The notes under the pieces are model-generated. The model did no database searches. It was given only the letters and a program-made list of their open reading frames with translations, and was not told the origin of the DNA. A stretch of 64,000 nucleotides of DNA from a virus. Numbering within the stretch: the first letter of the stretch is position 1; every line of letters begins with the position of its first letter. Made by a program: the position numbers and the translations under genes. Below, piece after piece: positions 35,624-46,172 of the stretch. The stretch covers positions 1 through 64,000 of IMG/VR virus record IMGVR_UViG_3300032607_000125; one strand, 5' to 3'.

Positions 35624-37258
35624 ATGGCAAATATAGTTTATAGAGGTGCAGTAACGCCGACAGTTACTAACACTGCAGCAAACAAAAATGCAGCGTTAAC
35701 CAACGACGAAATCGATAAAAATTTATTTGCATTGAATGTTGGCCCTACAATTGGATCAACTACAATTTCACCGGGTACAGCATCTACTGTTTTAACGGGA
35801 TTAACATCGGTTACATCTACTACATTCATTGGTGCGCTTACAGGCAATGCTTCTACAGTAACTACTAATGCTAACCTAACTGGTGATGTAACGTCACTTG
35901 GTAATATTACTACACTTGCAAATACGACAGTTAGCGCTGGTACTTATGGGTCATCAACTTCTATTCCAAGTTTTAGCGTTGATAGCAAAGGCAGAATTAC
36001 GTCTGCCAGCGCAAATTCTATTAGTGTTGGTGATGGTAATCTTACTCTTGGTATTGGCGCTGCAGGCGCAACGAGCACTTCTATTACTATTGGAACTGGA
36101 ACTGGATTTTCTGCAAATGATGCGGTTGCAGTTACTTACGATATTAGAGTAGGACCAGCGTTAACTAATCTTGTTGCGACTATGACAACGGCTGGTGCTG
36201 GTTTTATTAGACGTGGTGCGACAGCAGACACCTATGCTATTGATACTAGCACTTATTTGACTGCGTTAAGTGGTGATATAACAACATCTGGAACAGTTGC
36301 TACATTAGCAAATACTGCTGTTACAGCAGGTTTATATGGATCATCTACATCTATTCCAAGCATTACTATTGATAGCAAAGGTAGAATAACTGCTGCAAGT
36401 ACAAGCGCTATAACAGTTGGTGATGCAGCTCTTACAGTTGCAAGTTCTGCAGGATTGACAAATACTAACGTAACACTTGCATTAAGCGGAGCATACAGTG
36501 CTAACGCTACTATAGCTAGAAGTCTTAACTTTACTGTCGGTCCAGCACTAACCAATCTTTCCAGTTTCATGACTACAGTAACTGCTGGATTTATTAAGCG
36601 TACAGGACAAGATGCATATGGAATTGATACTACTACATATGCATCTGGTACTGGTACTGCAAATGGAACAAATACTGGCGATCAAACTATTACTCTAACT
36701 GGTGACGTAACTGGTACTGGCACTGGATCGTTTACAACTACACTAACTAATACAACAGTTACTGCTGGATCATATGGTTCTGCGACTGCTATTCCAGTAA
36801 TTACAATCGATGGTAAGGGTAGAATAACATCTGCGAGTACGATAGCACTAAGTGTTGGCGATGGAGCTCTTACTCTTGCAATTGGCGCTGCCGCTGCGTC
36901 AGCAACAACAGTTACTATAGGAACTGGAACTGGTTTTACTGCCAATGATACAGTAGCAAATACTACATATGATATTAAAGTTGGACCAGCATTAACTAAT
37001 CTTGCAACGCTAATGACAACTGCAGGTGCTGGCTTTATTAGACGTGGCACTACGGCTGATAGTTACGCAATTGATACTAATACATATGTAGTATCTGGCA
37101 GCGCAATTGCAGCATCATCATTAGTTACTACTGGATTTTCAGTATTAGAATCGGGCGGTGTTCTTTACTTTAAATCTGGCGCAACAAATATTGCTAAGTT
37201 AGATGCAAGTGGCAATCTAACTGTTCTTGGTACAGTAACGTCTAATGGCACAATATAA
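35624..37258 (+). CDS. Tail fibre-like protein with three internal repeats
   Basis: 3x AGxYGSxTxIPxxxxDxKGRIT...VGD...VGPALTNL...AGFIxR...YxIDT. Confidence 0.8.
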   Translation: MANIVYRGAVTPTVTNTAANKNAALTNDEIDKNLFALNVGPTIGSTTISPGTASTVLTGLTSVTSTTFIGALTGNASTVTTNANLTGDVTSLGNITTLANTTVSAGTYGSSTSIPSFSVDSKGRITSASANSISVGDGNLTLGIGAAGATSTSITIGTGTGFSANDAVAVTYDIRVGPALTNLVATMTTAGAGFIRRGATADTYAIDTSTYLTALSGDITTSGTVATLANTAVTAGLYGSSTSIPSITIDSKGRITAASTSAITVGDAALTVASSAGLTNTNVTLALSGAYSANATIARSLNFTVGPALTNLSSFMTTVTAGFIKRTGQDAYGIDTTTYASGTGTANGTNTGDQTITLTGDVTGTGTGSFTTTLTNTTVTAGSYGSATAIPVITIDGKGRITSASTIALSVGDGALTLAIGAAAASATTVTIGTGTGFTANDTVANTTYDIKVGPALTNLATLMTTAGAGFIRRGTTADSYAIDTNTYVVSGSAIAASSLVTTGFSVLESGGVLYFKSGATNIAKLDASGNLTVLGTVTSNGTI

Positions 37259-37298
37259 GAATCTGCACGCTAATAAATAAAGCAATAGGAATACTAAA

Positions 37299-37631
37299 AT
37301 GGCAACGACATCGTACTTAGATATAGATCAGGGTTCAGATTTTGTCACAGAGATGACTCTTGAAAATGATGATGGAACTCCAATGAATCTAAGTAGCTTT
37401 ACTGTGCATTCACAGTTTAGAAAAAGCTACGATTCTACAACTGGTTATACATTTATTACGAATATTAATGATGCAACAAATGGCAAATTTACACTATCAC
37501 TTTCAGGTATTACTTCATCTGCTATAAAATCTGGAAGATATTTGTACGATGTTGAAATTTATAATAATGTTTCAAAAATTAGAGTAGTAGAAGGAGTGAT
37601 CACTATCAATCCTGAAATAACTAAAATATAA
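37299..37631 (+). CDS. Small virion protein (BppU-N-like)
   Basis: LDIDQGSDF...QFRKSY...GRYLYDVEI...RVVEGVITINPEIT. Confidence 0.7.
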   Translation: MATTSYLDIDQGSDFVTEMTLENDDGTPMNLSSFTVHSQFRKSYDSTTGYTFITNINDATNGKFTLSLSGITSSAIKSGRYLYDVEIYNNVSKIRVVEGVITINPEITKI

Positions 37632-37888
37632 TGAAAATAAAAGTAAATAGTCAACAGACTAAGATTGTTAGCGTTAACACACAATCTAATAATGAAGTAA
37701 TAGCTGTAGGAATTCAAGGGCCTGCAGGACCTGCAGGCCAAGTTAATGTTGAACGTATGTCGGATATTGGAGATACAGACATAACAACATTGATCAATGG
37801 TTCTATTCTTGTCTATAATGTAAATACTAATAAATGGACATCTACCACTACTCTTGATGCGCAAGACATGGAAGGTGGAGAGTTTTAA
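37631..37888 (+). CDS. Small fibre-associated protein
   Basis: GIQGPAGPAG collagen-like stub; NGSILVYNVNTNKW; ends MEGGEF. Confidence 0.7.
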   Translation: MKIKVNSQQTKIVSVNTQSNNEVIAVGIQGPAGPAGQVNVERMSDIGDTDITTLINGSILVYNVNTNKWTSTTTLDAQDMEGGEF

Positions 37889-37904
37889 CTAGAGAAAATA
37901 AAAA

Positions 37905-39236
37905 ATGGCAAGCATAATTAGAATTAAAAGATCCGGTGTTAGTGGCAACCCAGCCACGTTAGCAGCAGGAGAACTTGCGTATTCAGCATTAGCCGATACT
38001 GGTGCTAATGGCGGAGACAGATTATATATCGGTAGTGGAACTGAAACTTCTGGCAATGCTGCGAACCACGTAGTAATTGGTGGCAAGTATTTTACCGACA
38101 TGGTTAGTGCTGCAACAAATACCAATACTGCTTCAACAATCGTAAAACGAGATGGTGCTGGAAACTTTAGTGCTGGAACAATTACAGCAGCTTTAACTGG
38201 TACTGCTAGTACAGCAACTGGTTGGGCAACAGGTAGAACACTTTCATTGACTGGAGATATCTCATATACTTCACCAAGTTTTGATGGAACTGGCAATGTA
38301 ACAGCTATAGCAACTCTACCAGTTGTCAATAGCAGCGTTGGTGCTTTTGGTTCTACTACAGCAATTCCAATCGTAACGGTAAATGCTAAAGGTCTAATTA
38401 CAAGCGTAACAACTGCTACAATTTCTAGTACACTATCGATTGCTGGTGGAACTGGAACTGATACAGTCAGTGTTGGAACTGATACACTAACTTTTGCTGG
38501 TGGAACTGGCGTAACAACAACAGTTACTAATAATCAAGTGAGTTTTGCAATTGGTCAAGCAGTAGCAACTACATCTAATGTAACGTTTAACGATATTACT
38601 GTCAATGGTACTTTAAATAGCAATGATATCACTAGTGCTTCTATTAGCATTGCTGGTGATGCTACTATTACTGGTAACTTAACTGTTAACGGTACGACAA
38701 CTACTATTAATTCGACAACACTAGAAGTCGGTGATCTTAATATTGTACTTGCTAAAGACGCCACAACTGCCACTGCTGCAAATGGCGCAGGTTTAACAAT
38801 CAATGGTCCTACGACTCCTGCGACAATACTATATAGTTCTATAGATGATCGTTGGAATTTAAATAAAGATTTAAATGTTGGAACAATATATGGTGCGCAT
38901 TCTGGTAACTCTACAACTGCTACTACATTAGCTACTGGCAGAACAATTGCGTTAACTGGTGATGTTACGTATACATCGCCAAGTTTCAATGGTAGCGCGA
39001 ACATTACAGCTGCAGCAACGCTTGCAACTGTCAACTCTAATGTTGGCAGTTTTGGTAATAGTACAACAGTGCCTAGTTTTACAGTTAATGCTAAAGGGTT
39101 GATCACAGCAGCAAGTAGCACAGTAATCCCAACATCAACATCTAGCGTTAATGGTTTAGCATCTTTTGATTCTACAAACTTTACTGTAGTAAGCGGTTTG
39201 GTTACTATAGCATCTGTAGATGGTGGCACATATTAA
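37905..39236 (+). CDS. Tail fibre protein
   Basis: MASIIRIKRS...LAAGELAYS; duplicated ATGRTxxLTGDxxYTSPSF unit; ends VDGGTY. Confidence 0.82.
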   Translation: MASIIRIKRSGVSGNPATLAAGELAYSALADTGANGGDRLYIGSGTETSGNAANHVVIGGKYFTDMVSAATNTNTASTIVKRDGAGNFSAGTITAALTGTASTATGWATGRTLSLTGDISYTSPSFDGTGNVTAIATLPVVNSSVGAFGSTTAIPIVTVNAKGLITSVTTATISSTLSIAGGTGTDTVSVGTDTLTFAGGTGVTTTVTNNQVSFAIGQAVATTSNVTFNDITVNGTLNSNDITSASISIAGDATITGNLTVNGTTTTINSTTLEVGDLNIVLAKDATTATAANGAGLTINGPTTPATILYSSIDDRWNLNKDLNVGTIYGAHSGNSTTATTLATGRTIALTGDVTYTSPSFNGSANITAAATLATVNSNVGSFGNSTTVPSFTVNAKGLITAASSTVIPTSTSSVNGLASFDSTNFTVVSGLVTIASVDGGTY

Positions 39237-39254
39237 TAGCAATAAACATATTAA

Positions 39255-39283
39255 GGGAGACTTCTTAGTCTCCCATTTTTTTT
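39255..39283 (+). terminator. Intrinsic terminator
   Basis: GGGAGACT-TCTT-AGTCTCCC followed by A and T8. Confidence 0.8.
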
Positions 39284-39306
39284 CATTTCCTTTTTAGGCA
39301 TATAGT

Positions 39307-40584
39307 ATGGCAAATAAAGTTCTTTTAAAGAAGTCTTCAGTAGTATCAAAGATACCTTTATCTACAGACTTAGATTATGGTGAATTAGCACTTAATTATG
39401 CTGATGGTAAACTATATTATAAGAATTCTTCTAATGCTATAGACGTCTTTACTTCGGGTGGAGCTGGAGGTGGTGGCGTCACATCTATTAGTACTGGCAC
39501 TGGTTTAACTGGTGGACCAATTAGTTCAACCGGCACAATTTCACTTGCTAATACAAGTGTTACGCCTGGCGCGTATACGCTAGCAAATATTACTATTGAT
39601 GCACAGGGTAGAATTATTGCTGCAACTAGTGGTAGTGCAGGAAGTGGAACCGTTACTAACGTAATTGCGACAACTCCACTCTCAAGCACAGGTGGTACTA
39701 CTCCAACAATTAGTATGCCAGCAGCGACTACTTCAGTATCTGGTTATTTAACTAGTACTGACTGGACTACATTCAATAGCAAACAAGCGGCATTGGGATT
39801 CACGCCATATAGCGCGACCAATCCATCTGGATACACGACTAATACCGGTACAGTAACATCAATTACAAGTGGAACCGGTTTAACAACTGGCACTATTACT
39901 ACATCTGGTACTATTTCACTTGCCAATACTGCAGTTACTCCTGGTTCATATACCGCAAGTAATATAACCGTTGATGCACAGGGCAGAATTACTGCAGCAG
40001 CAAATGGCGTTGCTGCTGGTGATTTAACTGCTATTATAGATCGTAAGTCATACACTATAACTGTTGCAGGATCTAACACTAAAAACGTAAATTATGATGT
40101 TGGATTTGTTGATGTATATGTTAATGGCGTTAAACTTAATAGTAGCGCTACAGGTACAAACGTTACTGCAACAAACGGTACATCAGTAACAATAACAGGT
40201 TTACTAGTTAATGATGAACTTCAATTAATTGGATTTAGCAAACTTACTTTTGCTAGTCGCATGAGAAGTGCAACCACTACGTCTACTGCAACAATCACTC
40301 CGACTATTGATACTCTTGATCAATATAGTGTTACAGCTCTAGCAGTAGCGGCGTCAATAGCAATACCAACTGGCACGCCTTTAGATGGTCAACGACTTAC
40401 TATACGCATAAAAGATAATGGTACGCCGCAAACACTAACTTGGATTACAACTTCTGGTGGGTATCGCGCAATTGGAACAACGTTACTGACAACAACAGTC
40501 GCAACAAAAATAGTATATATAGGTTGTGTGTATAATTTAAATGACTTATACTGGGACGTAGTCTCAGTAGCTCAGCAAGCATAA
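39307..40584 (+). CDS. Tail fibre-like protein
   Basis: MANKVLLKKSS...GELALNYADGKLYYK; 2x GTGLTxGxIxxxGTISLANTxVTPGxYTxxNITxDAQGRI. Confidence 0.8.
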   Translation: MANKVLLKKSSVVSKIPLSTDLDYGELALNYADGKLYYKNSSNAIDVFTSGGAGGGGVTSISTGTGLTGGPISSTGTISLANTSVTPGAYTLANITIDAQGRIIAATSGSAGSGTVTNVIATTPLSSTGGTTPTISMPAATTSVSGYLTSTDWTTFNSKQAALGFTPYSATNPSGYTTNTGTVTSITSGTGLTTGTITTSGTISLANTAVTPGSYTASNITVDAQGRITAAANGVAAGDLTAIIDRKSYTITVAGSNTKNVNYDVGFVDVYVNGVKLNSSATGTNVTATNGTSVTITGLLVNDELQLIGFSKLTFASRMRSATTTSTATITPTIDTLDQYSVTALAVAASIAIPTGTPLDGQRLTIRIKDNGTPQTLTWITTSGGYRAIGTTLLTTTVATKIVYIGCVYNLNDLYWDVVSVAQQA

Positions 40585-40592
40585 GGACTAGT

Positions 40593-40811
40593 ATGATTAA
40601 GATTGACTTTGAAATTGAAACAAACTATGGCGTATATCGTGACGCCTTACACTTACAAGATGACCATGTTTTTACAGAAGAAGAAATTCAAGCAATGAAG
40701 AATGAACGAGTTGATAATTGGATTACTGTTATCACTACGCCATCAGTTGAAATTCCAGCACCAGCAGATTTTATCGAGGTGGACGGCGTACAGTACGCAA
40801 AGGTAGTCTAA
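40593..40811 (+). CDS. Small acidic hypothetical protein
   Basis: 72-aa ORF with SD AAGGA. Confidence 0.7.
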   Translation: MIKIDFEIETNYGVYRDALHLQDDHVFTEEEIQAMKNERVDNWITVITTPSVEIPAPADFIEVDGVQYAKVV

Positions 40812-40812
40812 C

Positions 40813-43800
40813 ATGGCAGATAGATACTGGGTTGGTGGAGCAGGTACGTGGGATACAACCACTACAACAGGGTGGTCTGCCACATCTGGAGGAGCGGGTG
40901 GGGCTTCTGCTCCTACGTCTGCTGATAATGCAATCTTTGATGCAAACTCTGGACTGACGGTAGGTCTTTCTGTCACCATCACTGGCGGTGTATGTGCAAA
41001 CTTAACATACACCCCAGCAACCGCCATGACCATTGGGCGTGTGAACTTTGTAATCGTTTCATCCCTTACGGTAGCAGGAACATTCTCAACTTCCGGTACA
41101 GCAGGCAATAATCGACTTAGGATCAAAAGTCTTACCCTTGGTATTGCCACTAGCTTTGTGGTGGCTACGGCGGGTTCTATTAGTGATATTGACTTTTACG
41201 AAATCATTGTTAGCGGCGCTGCTGCTCCCATATCTGGTACTCGTCTTGGTAACGTGGTTAGCGTTCAAGGCGTAACTTTTGCAGCCCCTAAAAACGTCTA
41301 TTGGAACTTAGCAGGCGCGCAAAACTGGTCAGCTAACGGCTGGGCAGCTACGTCGGGTGGAACTCCAAACACAGATTATTTCCCCTTAGTGCAGGACACA
41401 GCAGTATTTGATAATGCAGGTAGTGTCACAGGTTCTATTGCGATGGACACCGCAGCGTTCCAGTATTTTGGCAATGTTGATATGTCAGCCCGTACATCGG
41501 CTATGACATTAACTTCAAGTGGCGGTATATTTTTATTTGGGAACTGGACTAACGGCTCAGGAACAGGAGTATCAAGTCTAAGCGCAATGCAGTGGTATGG
41601 TAGAGGAACACAAACACTTATAAGCGCAGGTAAAACATGGCCTTCTGTGTTTATCGTACTAAGTTATGGTGGAACTTTTGCTCTTGGTGATGCGCTTAAT
41701 ATTGGCGCAAATGCTTTAACAGTAACCAGCGGTAATTTTGTCACCAATGGTTATGCTGTTACAGCAAGTCAAATTTCTTCTAACACAGCAGGCCCACGAT
41801 CTATTAGCCTTGGATCAAGCACCGTTACGCTATCATCTACAGGTACGCCAATTATTTTAAGTACAAATAATGGCCTTGCCTTTAATGCTGAAACGTCCAC
41901 TATTATTTTTACAGCAACTAGTTTAACTTCTATTGATATTGGGTATGCGTATTATAATGTAACTCTACCAAACTATAATACGATACTTACTTTAACTAGT
42001 TCTAATACATTTAATAATCTTATATTTAGTATTGTTATAAATTCTTTAGTTTTACAAGCAGATCAAATAATTAATGGCAATCTTTCGCTATATGGAAGTA
42101 CAAGTACAAGTAATCGAACTACTATAAAATCCAATACTCCAGGAACTAACCGAAATATAACAATTAATAGCGCAGTAACATTAACTGATATAGATTTTCA
42201 AGATATTATCATTGCGGGTATTGCGTCTCCTATTTCCGGTACTCGATTAGGAGACGTTGGAAATAACTTAGGTATTACATTTACATCCAAGACTGTTTAT
42301 TGGAATCTTGCTGGCGCGCAAAACTGGTCAGCTAACGGCTGGGCAGCTACATCAGGTGGAACGCCCTCAGTAGTTAATTTTCCTTTGACACAAGACACCG
42401 CTGTCTTTGATAACGTGGGTTCAGTTACAGGCATAATTAGTATTAATGCTGATTACACTCTACCTACAATAGATATGTCAGCTCGTACAACTGCAATGAC
42501 GCTATCTTCTACAGTAGCCGCAAGGGTGTATGGTGATTGGATAAATGGCTCTGGTATAACACTCAGTGGCACAGGTATTTTGACGTTTTCAAAACGTACC
42601 GGAACACAGACAATCACTTCTGCAGGTAAGACGTTTACATGCGGCATTACAGTCAACACGCTTACTGGAACAGTGCAATTAGAGGGTGCTTTATCATCCA
42701 ATGCTTCAGCTGGACTTACTATTACCTCCGGCACTTTTAATGCAGTTTCATATAACGTAACAACTAACGCAGTTCAAAGTGGAGGTACCATTACTAGAAC
42801 TATTAATATGGGTTCTGGGCTATGGACGCACTCTTCTTCAGGAGGTGTATGGAATGTTATAGCTACAGGTTTGACTATAAATCAAGGCACGGCTGATATT
42901 CTACTTTCAAATACTCAAACAACCGCTAAAACTTTTGCAGGTGCGGGGTTTTCATACAACAAACTAACAATTGGTGGTTCGGGAATATCCACAACTACGT
43001 TCAGTGGCGCGAACACCTTTACTGAGCTTGCCAGCACCAAGACTGTTGCACACACGGTTGCATTAAGCACCACTGCACAGACGTTTGGTAAGTGGACAAT
43101 TACAGGTACTGTTGGAAACGTCGTTACTGTTACGGGCGCAGGAAGTCACATTATTGCAGGGCCAAGAGTAGCAGGAGTAGACTACCTAGCCCTTGGTACA
43201 ACTTCATTTGTATACACCTCATCAGGGGAGTTTTATGCGGGGGTTAATTCTACTGGCACAGGTGTAGGCGTTATTTTAACAGCCGCCCCCGCAGCAGTTA
43301 CTCGGTACTGGGTTGGTGGAACGGGTGTTTTGGATATAACAACAACGACAAATTGGTCAGATACGTCTGGAGGCGTTGGCGGATTTTCAGTACCTGTTTC
43401 TGTAGATACAGTAATTTTTGACACTCTTTCAAGTTCTACCGCATACACAGTAACTTTTACTCCGGTAGGCAATAGTAACTTTCGATTTAGTAGCCTAACA
43501 ATGGGCGCACCCATGTCTGGAAATATTACATGGGCGGGTACAGCACTTATTACAGCGCATTCAGCGATAAATTTAACTGGTGGTTCATCTCGCATAACAA
43601 GAACATATACGGGAAATATTCTACTTGGCGGTGCATCCACGGGTACATTGACAACTAATGGTGTTTCTCTTGCATCAACATCAGGAATTACTTGTACGGG
43701 TATTGGTAGTAGTTGGTCATTAGAGTCGGCATTAACTTTAGCAACAAGCCCATTAACCATATCTAGAGGGTCATTTGATACTGCGGGGTACGCTCTAACT

Positions 43801-45396
43801 GTAAACACAATAAATTTAATTGGACAAGCGCCAAGAGCACTTTTGCTAGGCGCATCTACGGTTTCAATAGCAAGCGCAACACCTCTTAGTTTAACCACAA
43901 CGGGATCAACGCTTAATGCAGGGACATCCACAATTAGTTTAACTAATGCAGCTCCAGCATTTACAGGTGCTGGATTTACATATTACAACGTAACTTATAC
44001 GGTAGCAAACACAACAGGACTTAACGTAACCGGCGCAAACACGTTTAACAATCTGACATTTACGGGTGGAACTACTGGAGTCAAGATAGTATCGTTTGCA
44101 GCAGATCAAACATTTACAGGTGCATTAACTACAACTGGTACAACCGCTATTGCACGTATTACAGTAAGCTCAGATATTGTGGGTACAGCTCGCACGTTCA
44201 CAACTAACAGCACAGCGTCTATCTCAGACATAGACTTCCAAGACATTGCAGTAGTTGGCACAGCAGCGCCTATTTCGGGGACTCGCTTAGGTGATCTTGG
44301 AGGAAACTCTGGTATTACCTTGACAGCTAAAACGGTTTACTGGAACTTAGCTGGTGCTCAAAACTGGAATGCTACTGGGTGGGCTGCTACATCGGGTGGG
44401 TCACCTGCAATATCTAATTTCCCACTAGCGCAAGATATTGCCGTCTTTGATAATACGGGGTCAGTGACAGGCACTATTGCTTTTGTCACGGGTTACGCAT
44501 ACCCCACCATAGATATGCGTGCCAGAACCGCGGCAATGACCTTGGCTACCGTAGCATCAGCTATTTATGGTGACTGGATAAACGGTTCTGGCACAACATT
44601 ATCTGGTACAGCTACTCTGACGTTTGCCAAGCGTGGAACTCAGACTATTACTCCTGCTGGTAAACCCTTTACGCAGTCTATTAACATAAACTCTATTAAT
44701 GGAACAGTAAGGCTGTTAGCAGACACTGTTAGCAACCGCACTGGGGCAGGCGCAATCGTACTGACTAACGGCACGTTAGATTTAAACGGGTACACCCTGT
44801 ACCAAAATTCAACAGGTGGTAGTTTTATTACTGCGGCGGGAACTAAGACACTACTGTTCAACGGCGGTACTGTTTCAATATTTTCAGCATTAACAATAGG
44901 CTTTAACAACGCAGCGCCTACAGGTCTTACAGTATTAGCTGGTTCTGCGCCGGGGACAATTGTTTGTACCTTCGGCACTACAACTTTTGCTGGGGGAGGC
45001 TCAGTTTGGCCTTGTACGCTTAGAAAAACAGCTAGTGGTACTTTTACAATTACAGGCAATAATACATTTTTAGGTATAGATAGTACTTATATAGGCGCAT
45101 CAACAATTGCCCTTGGATCAACAATTCAAACAGTTGGCACATGGACAGCAGCGGGTACAGCAGGTAACTTGTTAACCGTATCAGGAGCTTCCGCAGCAGC
45201 ACCTGCATATCTTGTTTTAACTGGCGTTAGTCCTGTCAATGTTGACTACTTAAATATCAGTAACGTACGCGTTACACCACTTTCTAATAAGTGGTACGCC
45301 GGAGCTAATTCTATCAACAATGGATCGCTGGGTTGGATATTCACTACTGCTGTAATAGTAGCATCGGTCGTTTCAACATTCTTCTTAATGTTTTAA
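40813..45396 (+). CDS. 1527-aa Thr/Gly/Ser-rich repeat protein (adhesin/beta-helix-like, probable receptor-binding)
   Basis: 2x RYWVGG...WSxTSGG..D..IFD and 3x VYWNLAGAQNWxAxGWAATSGG...FPLxQDxAVFDN. Confidence 0.8.
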   Translation: MADRYWVGGAGTWDTTTTTGWSATSGGAGGASAPTSADNAIFDANSGLTVGLSVTITGGVCANLTYTPATAMTIGRVNFVIVSSLTVAGTFSTSGTAGNNRLRIKSLTLGIATSFVVATAGSISDIDFYEIIVSGAAAPISGTRLGNVVSVQGVTFAAPKNVYWNLAGAQNWSANGWAATSGGTPNTDYFPLVQDTAVFDNAGSVTGSIAMDTAAFQYFGNVDMSARTSAMTLTSSGGIFLFGNWTNGSGTGVSSLSAMQWYGRGTQTLISAGKTWPSVFIVLSYGGTFALGDALNIGANALTVTSGNFVTNGYAVTASQISSNTAGPRSISLGSSTVTLSSTGTPIILSTNNGLAFNAETSTIIFTATSLTSIDIGYAYYNVTLPNYNTILTLTSSNTFNNLIFSIVINSLVLQADQIINGNLSLYGSTSTSNRTTIKSNTPGTNRNITINSAVTLTDIDFQDIIIAGIASPISGTRLGDVGNNLGITFTSKTVYWNLAGAQNWSANGWAATSGGTPSVVNFPLTQDTAVFDNVGSVTGIISINADYTLPTIDMSARTTAMTLSSTVAARVYGDWINGSGITLSGTGILTFSKRTGTQTITSAGKTFTCGITVNTLTGTVQLEGALSSNASAGLTITSGTFNAVSYNVTTNAVQSGGTITRTINMGSGLWTHSSSGGVWNVIATGLTINQGTADILLSNTQTTAKTFAGAGFSYNKLTIGGSGISTTTFSGANTFTELASTKTVAHTVALSTTAQTFGKWTITGTVGNVVTVTGAGSHIIAGPRVAGVDYLALGTTSFVYTSSGEFYAGVNSTGTGVGVILTAAPAAVTRYWVGGTGVLDITTTTNWSDTSGGVGGFSVPVSVDTVIFDTLSSSTAYTVTFTPVGNSNFRFSSLTMGAPMSGNITWAGTALITAHSAINLTGGSSRITRTYTGNILLGGASTGTLTTNGVSLASTSGITCTGIGSSWSLESALTLATSPLTISRGSFDTAGYALTVNTINLIGQAPRALLLGASTVSIASATPLSLTTTGSTLNAGTSTISLTNAAPAFTGAGFTYYNVTYTVANTTGLNVTGANTFNNLTFTGGTTGVKIVSFAADQTFTGALTTTGTTAIARITVSSDIVGTARTFTTNSTASISDIDFQDIAVVGTAAPISGTRLGDLGGNSGITLTAKTVYWNLAGAQNWNATGWAATSGGSPAISNFPLAQDIAVFDNTGSVTGTIAFVTGYAYPTIDMRARTAAMTLATVASAIYGDWINGSGTTLSGTATLTFAKRGTQTITPAGKPFTQSININSINGTVRLLADTVSNRTGAGAIVLTNGTLDLNGYTLYQNSTGGSFITAAGTKTLLFNGGTVSIFSALTIGFNNAAPTGLTVLAGSAPGTIVCTFGTTTFAGGGSVWPCTLRKTASGTFTITGNNTFLGIDSTYIGASTIALGSTIQTVGTWTAAGTAGNLLTVSGASAAAPAYLVLTGVSPVNVDYLNISNVRVTPLSNKWYAGANSINNGSLGWIFTTAVIVASVVSTFFLMF

Positions 45397-45400
45397 GATT

Positions 45401-45408
45401 TATAAATA
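45401..45408 (+). promoter_or_regulatory. T4 late promoter (gp13)
   Basis: Exact TATAAATA 19 nt before the start. Confidence 0.8.
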
Positions 45409-45427
45409 GATTATAATAGGAGAAGAC

Positions 45428-46168
45428 ATGGCCGTAACATCAAGATCTAGTTTAATAACATATTGCTTAAGAGCTCTTGGCGAGCCCGTTGTCGAAATTA
45501 ATATTGATGAAGGCCAAGTTGAAGATCGTGTAGACGAAGCAATTGAATACTTTCGACAGTACCACTTTGACGGTATTGAAAAAGTATATCTAAAGCACGA
45601 AATTACTCAAGAAAATATTGATAACAAATACATTGAAGTCCCCGATCTAATCTATGGTATCACTAAGGTATATCCAATCGCATCTGGAACTTCTACATCA
45701 AAGTCTATCTTTGACTTACAATATCAATTGCGGTTAAACGATCTATATGATCTAACATCTACGTCAGTAATGTATTACACTCAAGTAATGAGTCACCTAG
45801 CATTACTTGATTTAACACTTAATGGTCATCCACTGTATCGGTTTAACCGATTAAGTAATAAGCTTTATATTGACATGGCGTGGAAAGAAAAGATGGGTCT
45901 TGGTAACTTTATTCTAGTTGAGTGTTATCGAGCGATGGATCCAGAAACTGCGACTAGAATGTACAATGAAACTTGGCTTAAGCACTATACTACCGCATTG
46001 ATTAAGAAACAGTGGGCAATCAATCTTAAGAAATTCTCTGGCATGCAATTACCAGGTGGAGTATCAATCGATGGGCCTGCACTATATGCGGAAGCTATGA
46101 CAGAGATTAAAGACCTTGAAGATGAGATGCTGAATAAATCGGCACCCCTCGAATTTTTTCTTGGCTGA
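45428..46168 (+). CDS. gp13: Neck protein
   Basis: YCLRALGEPVVEINID...QWAINLKKFSGMQLPGGVSIDG. Confidence 0.93.
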   Translation: MAVTSRSSLITYCLRALGEPVVEINIDEGQVEDRVDEAIEYFRQYHFDGIEKVYLKHEITQENIDNKYIEVPDLIYGITKVYPIASGTSTSKSIFDLQYQLRLNDLYDLTSTSVMYYTQVMSHLALLDLTLNGHPLYRFNRLSNKLYIDMAWKEKMGLGNFILVECYRAMDPETATRMYNETWLKHYTTALIKKQWAINLKKFSGMQLPGGVSIDGPALYAEAMTEIKDLEDEMLNKSAPLEFFLG

Positions 46169-46172
46169 AATT

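Noticed and set aside
26515-45059. Many long minus-strand ORFs opposite fibre and baseplate genes (e.g. 38555-39229, 43233-43931)
   Set aside because: These are shadow frames of Thr/Ala/Gly/Val-rich coding sequence with no SD or recognisable motifs.
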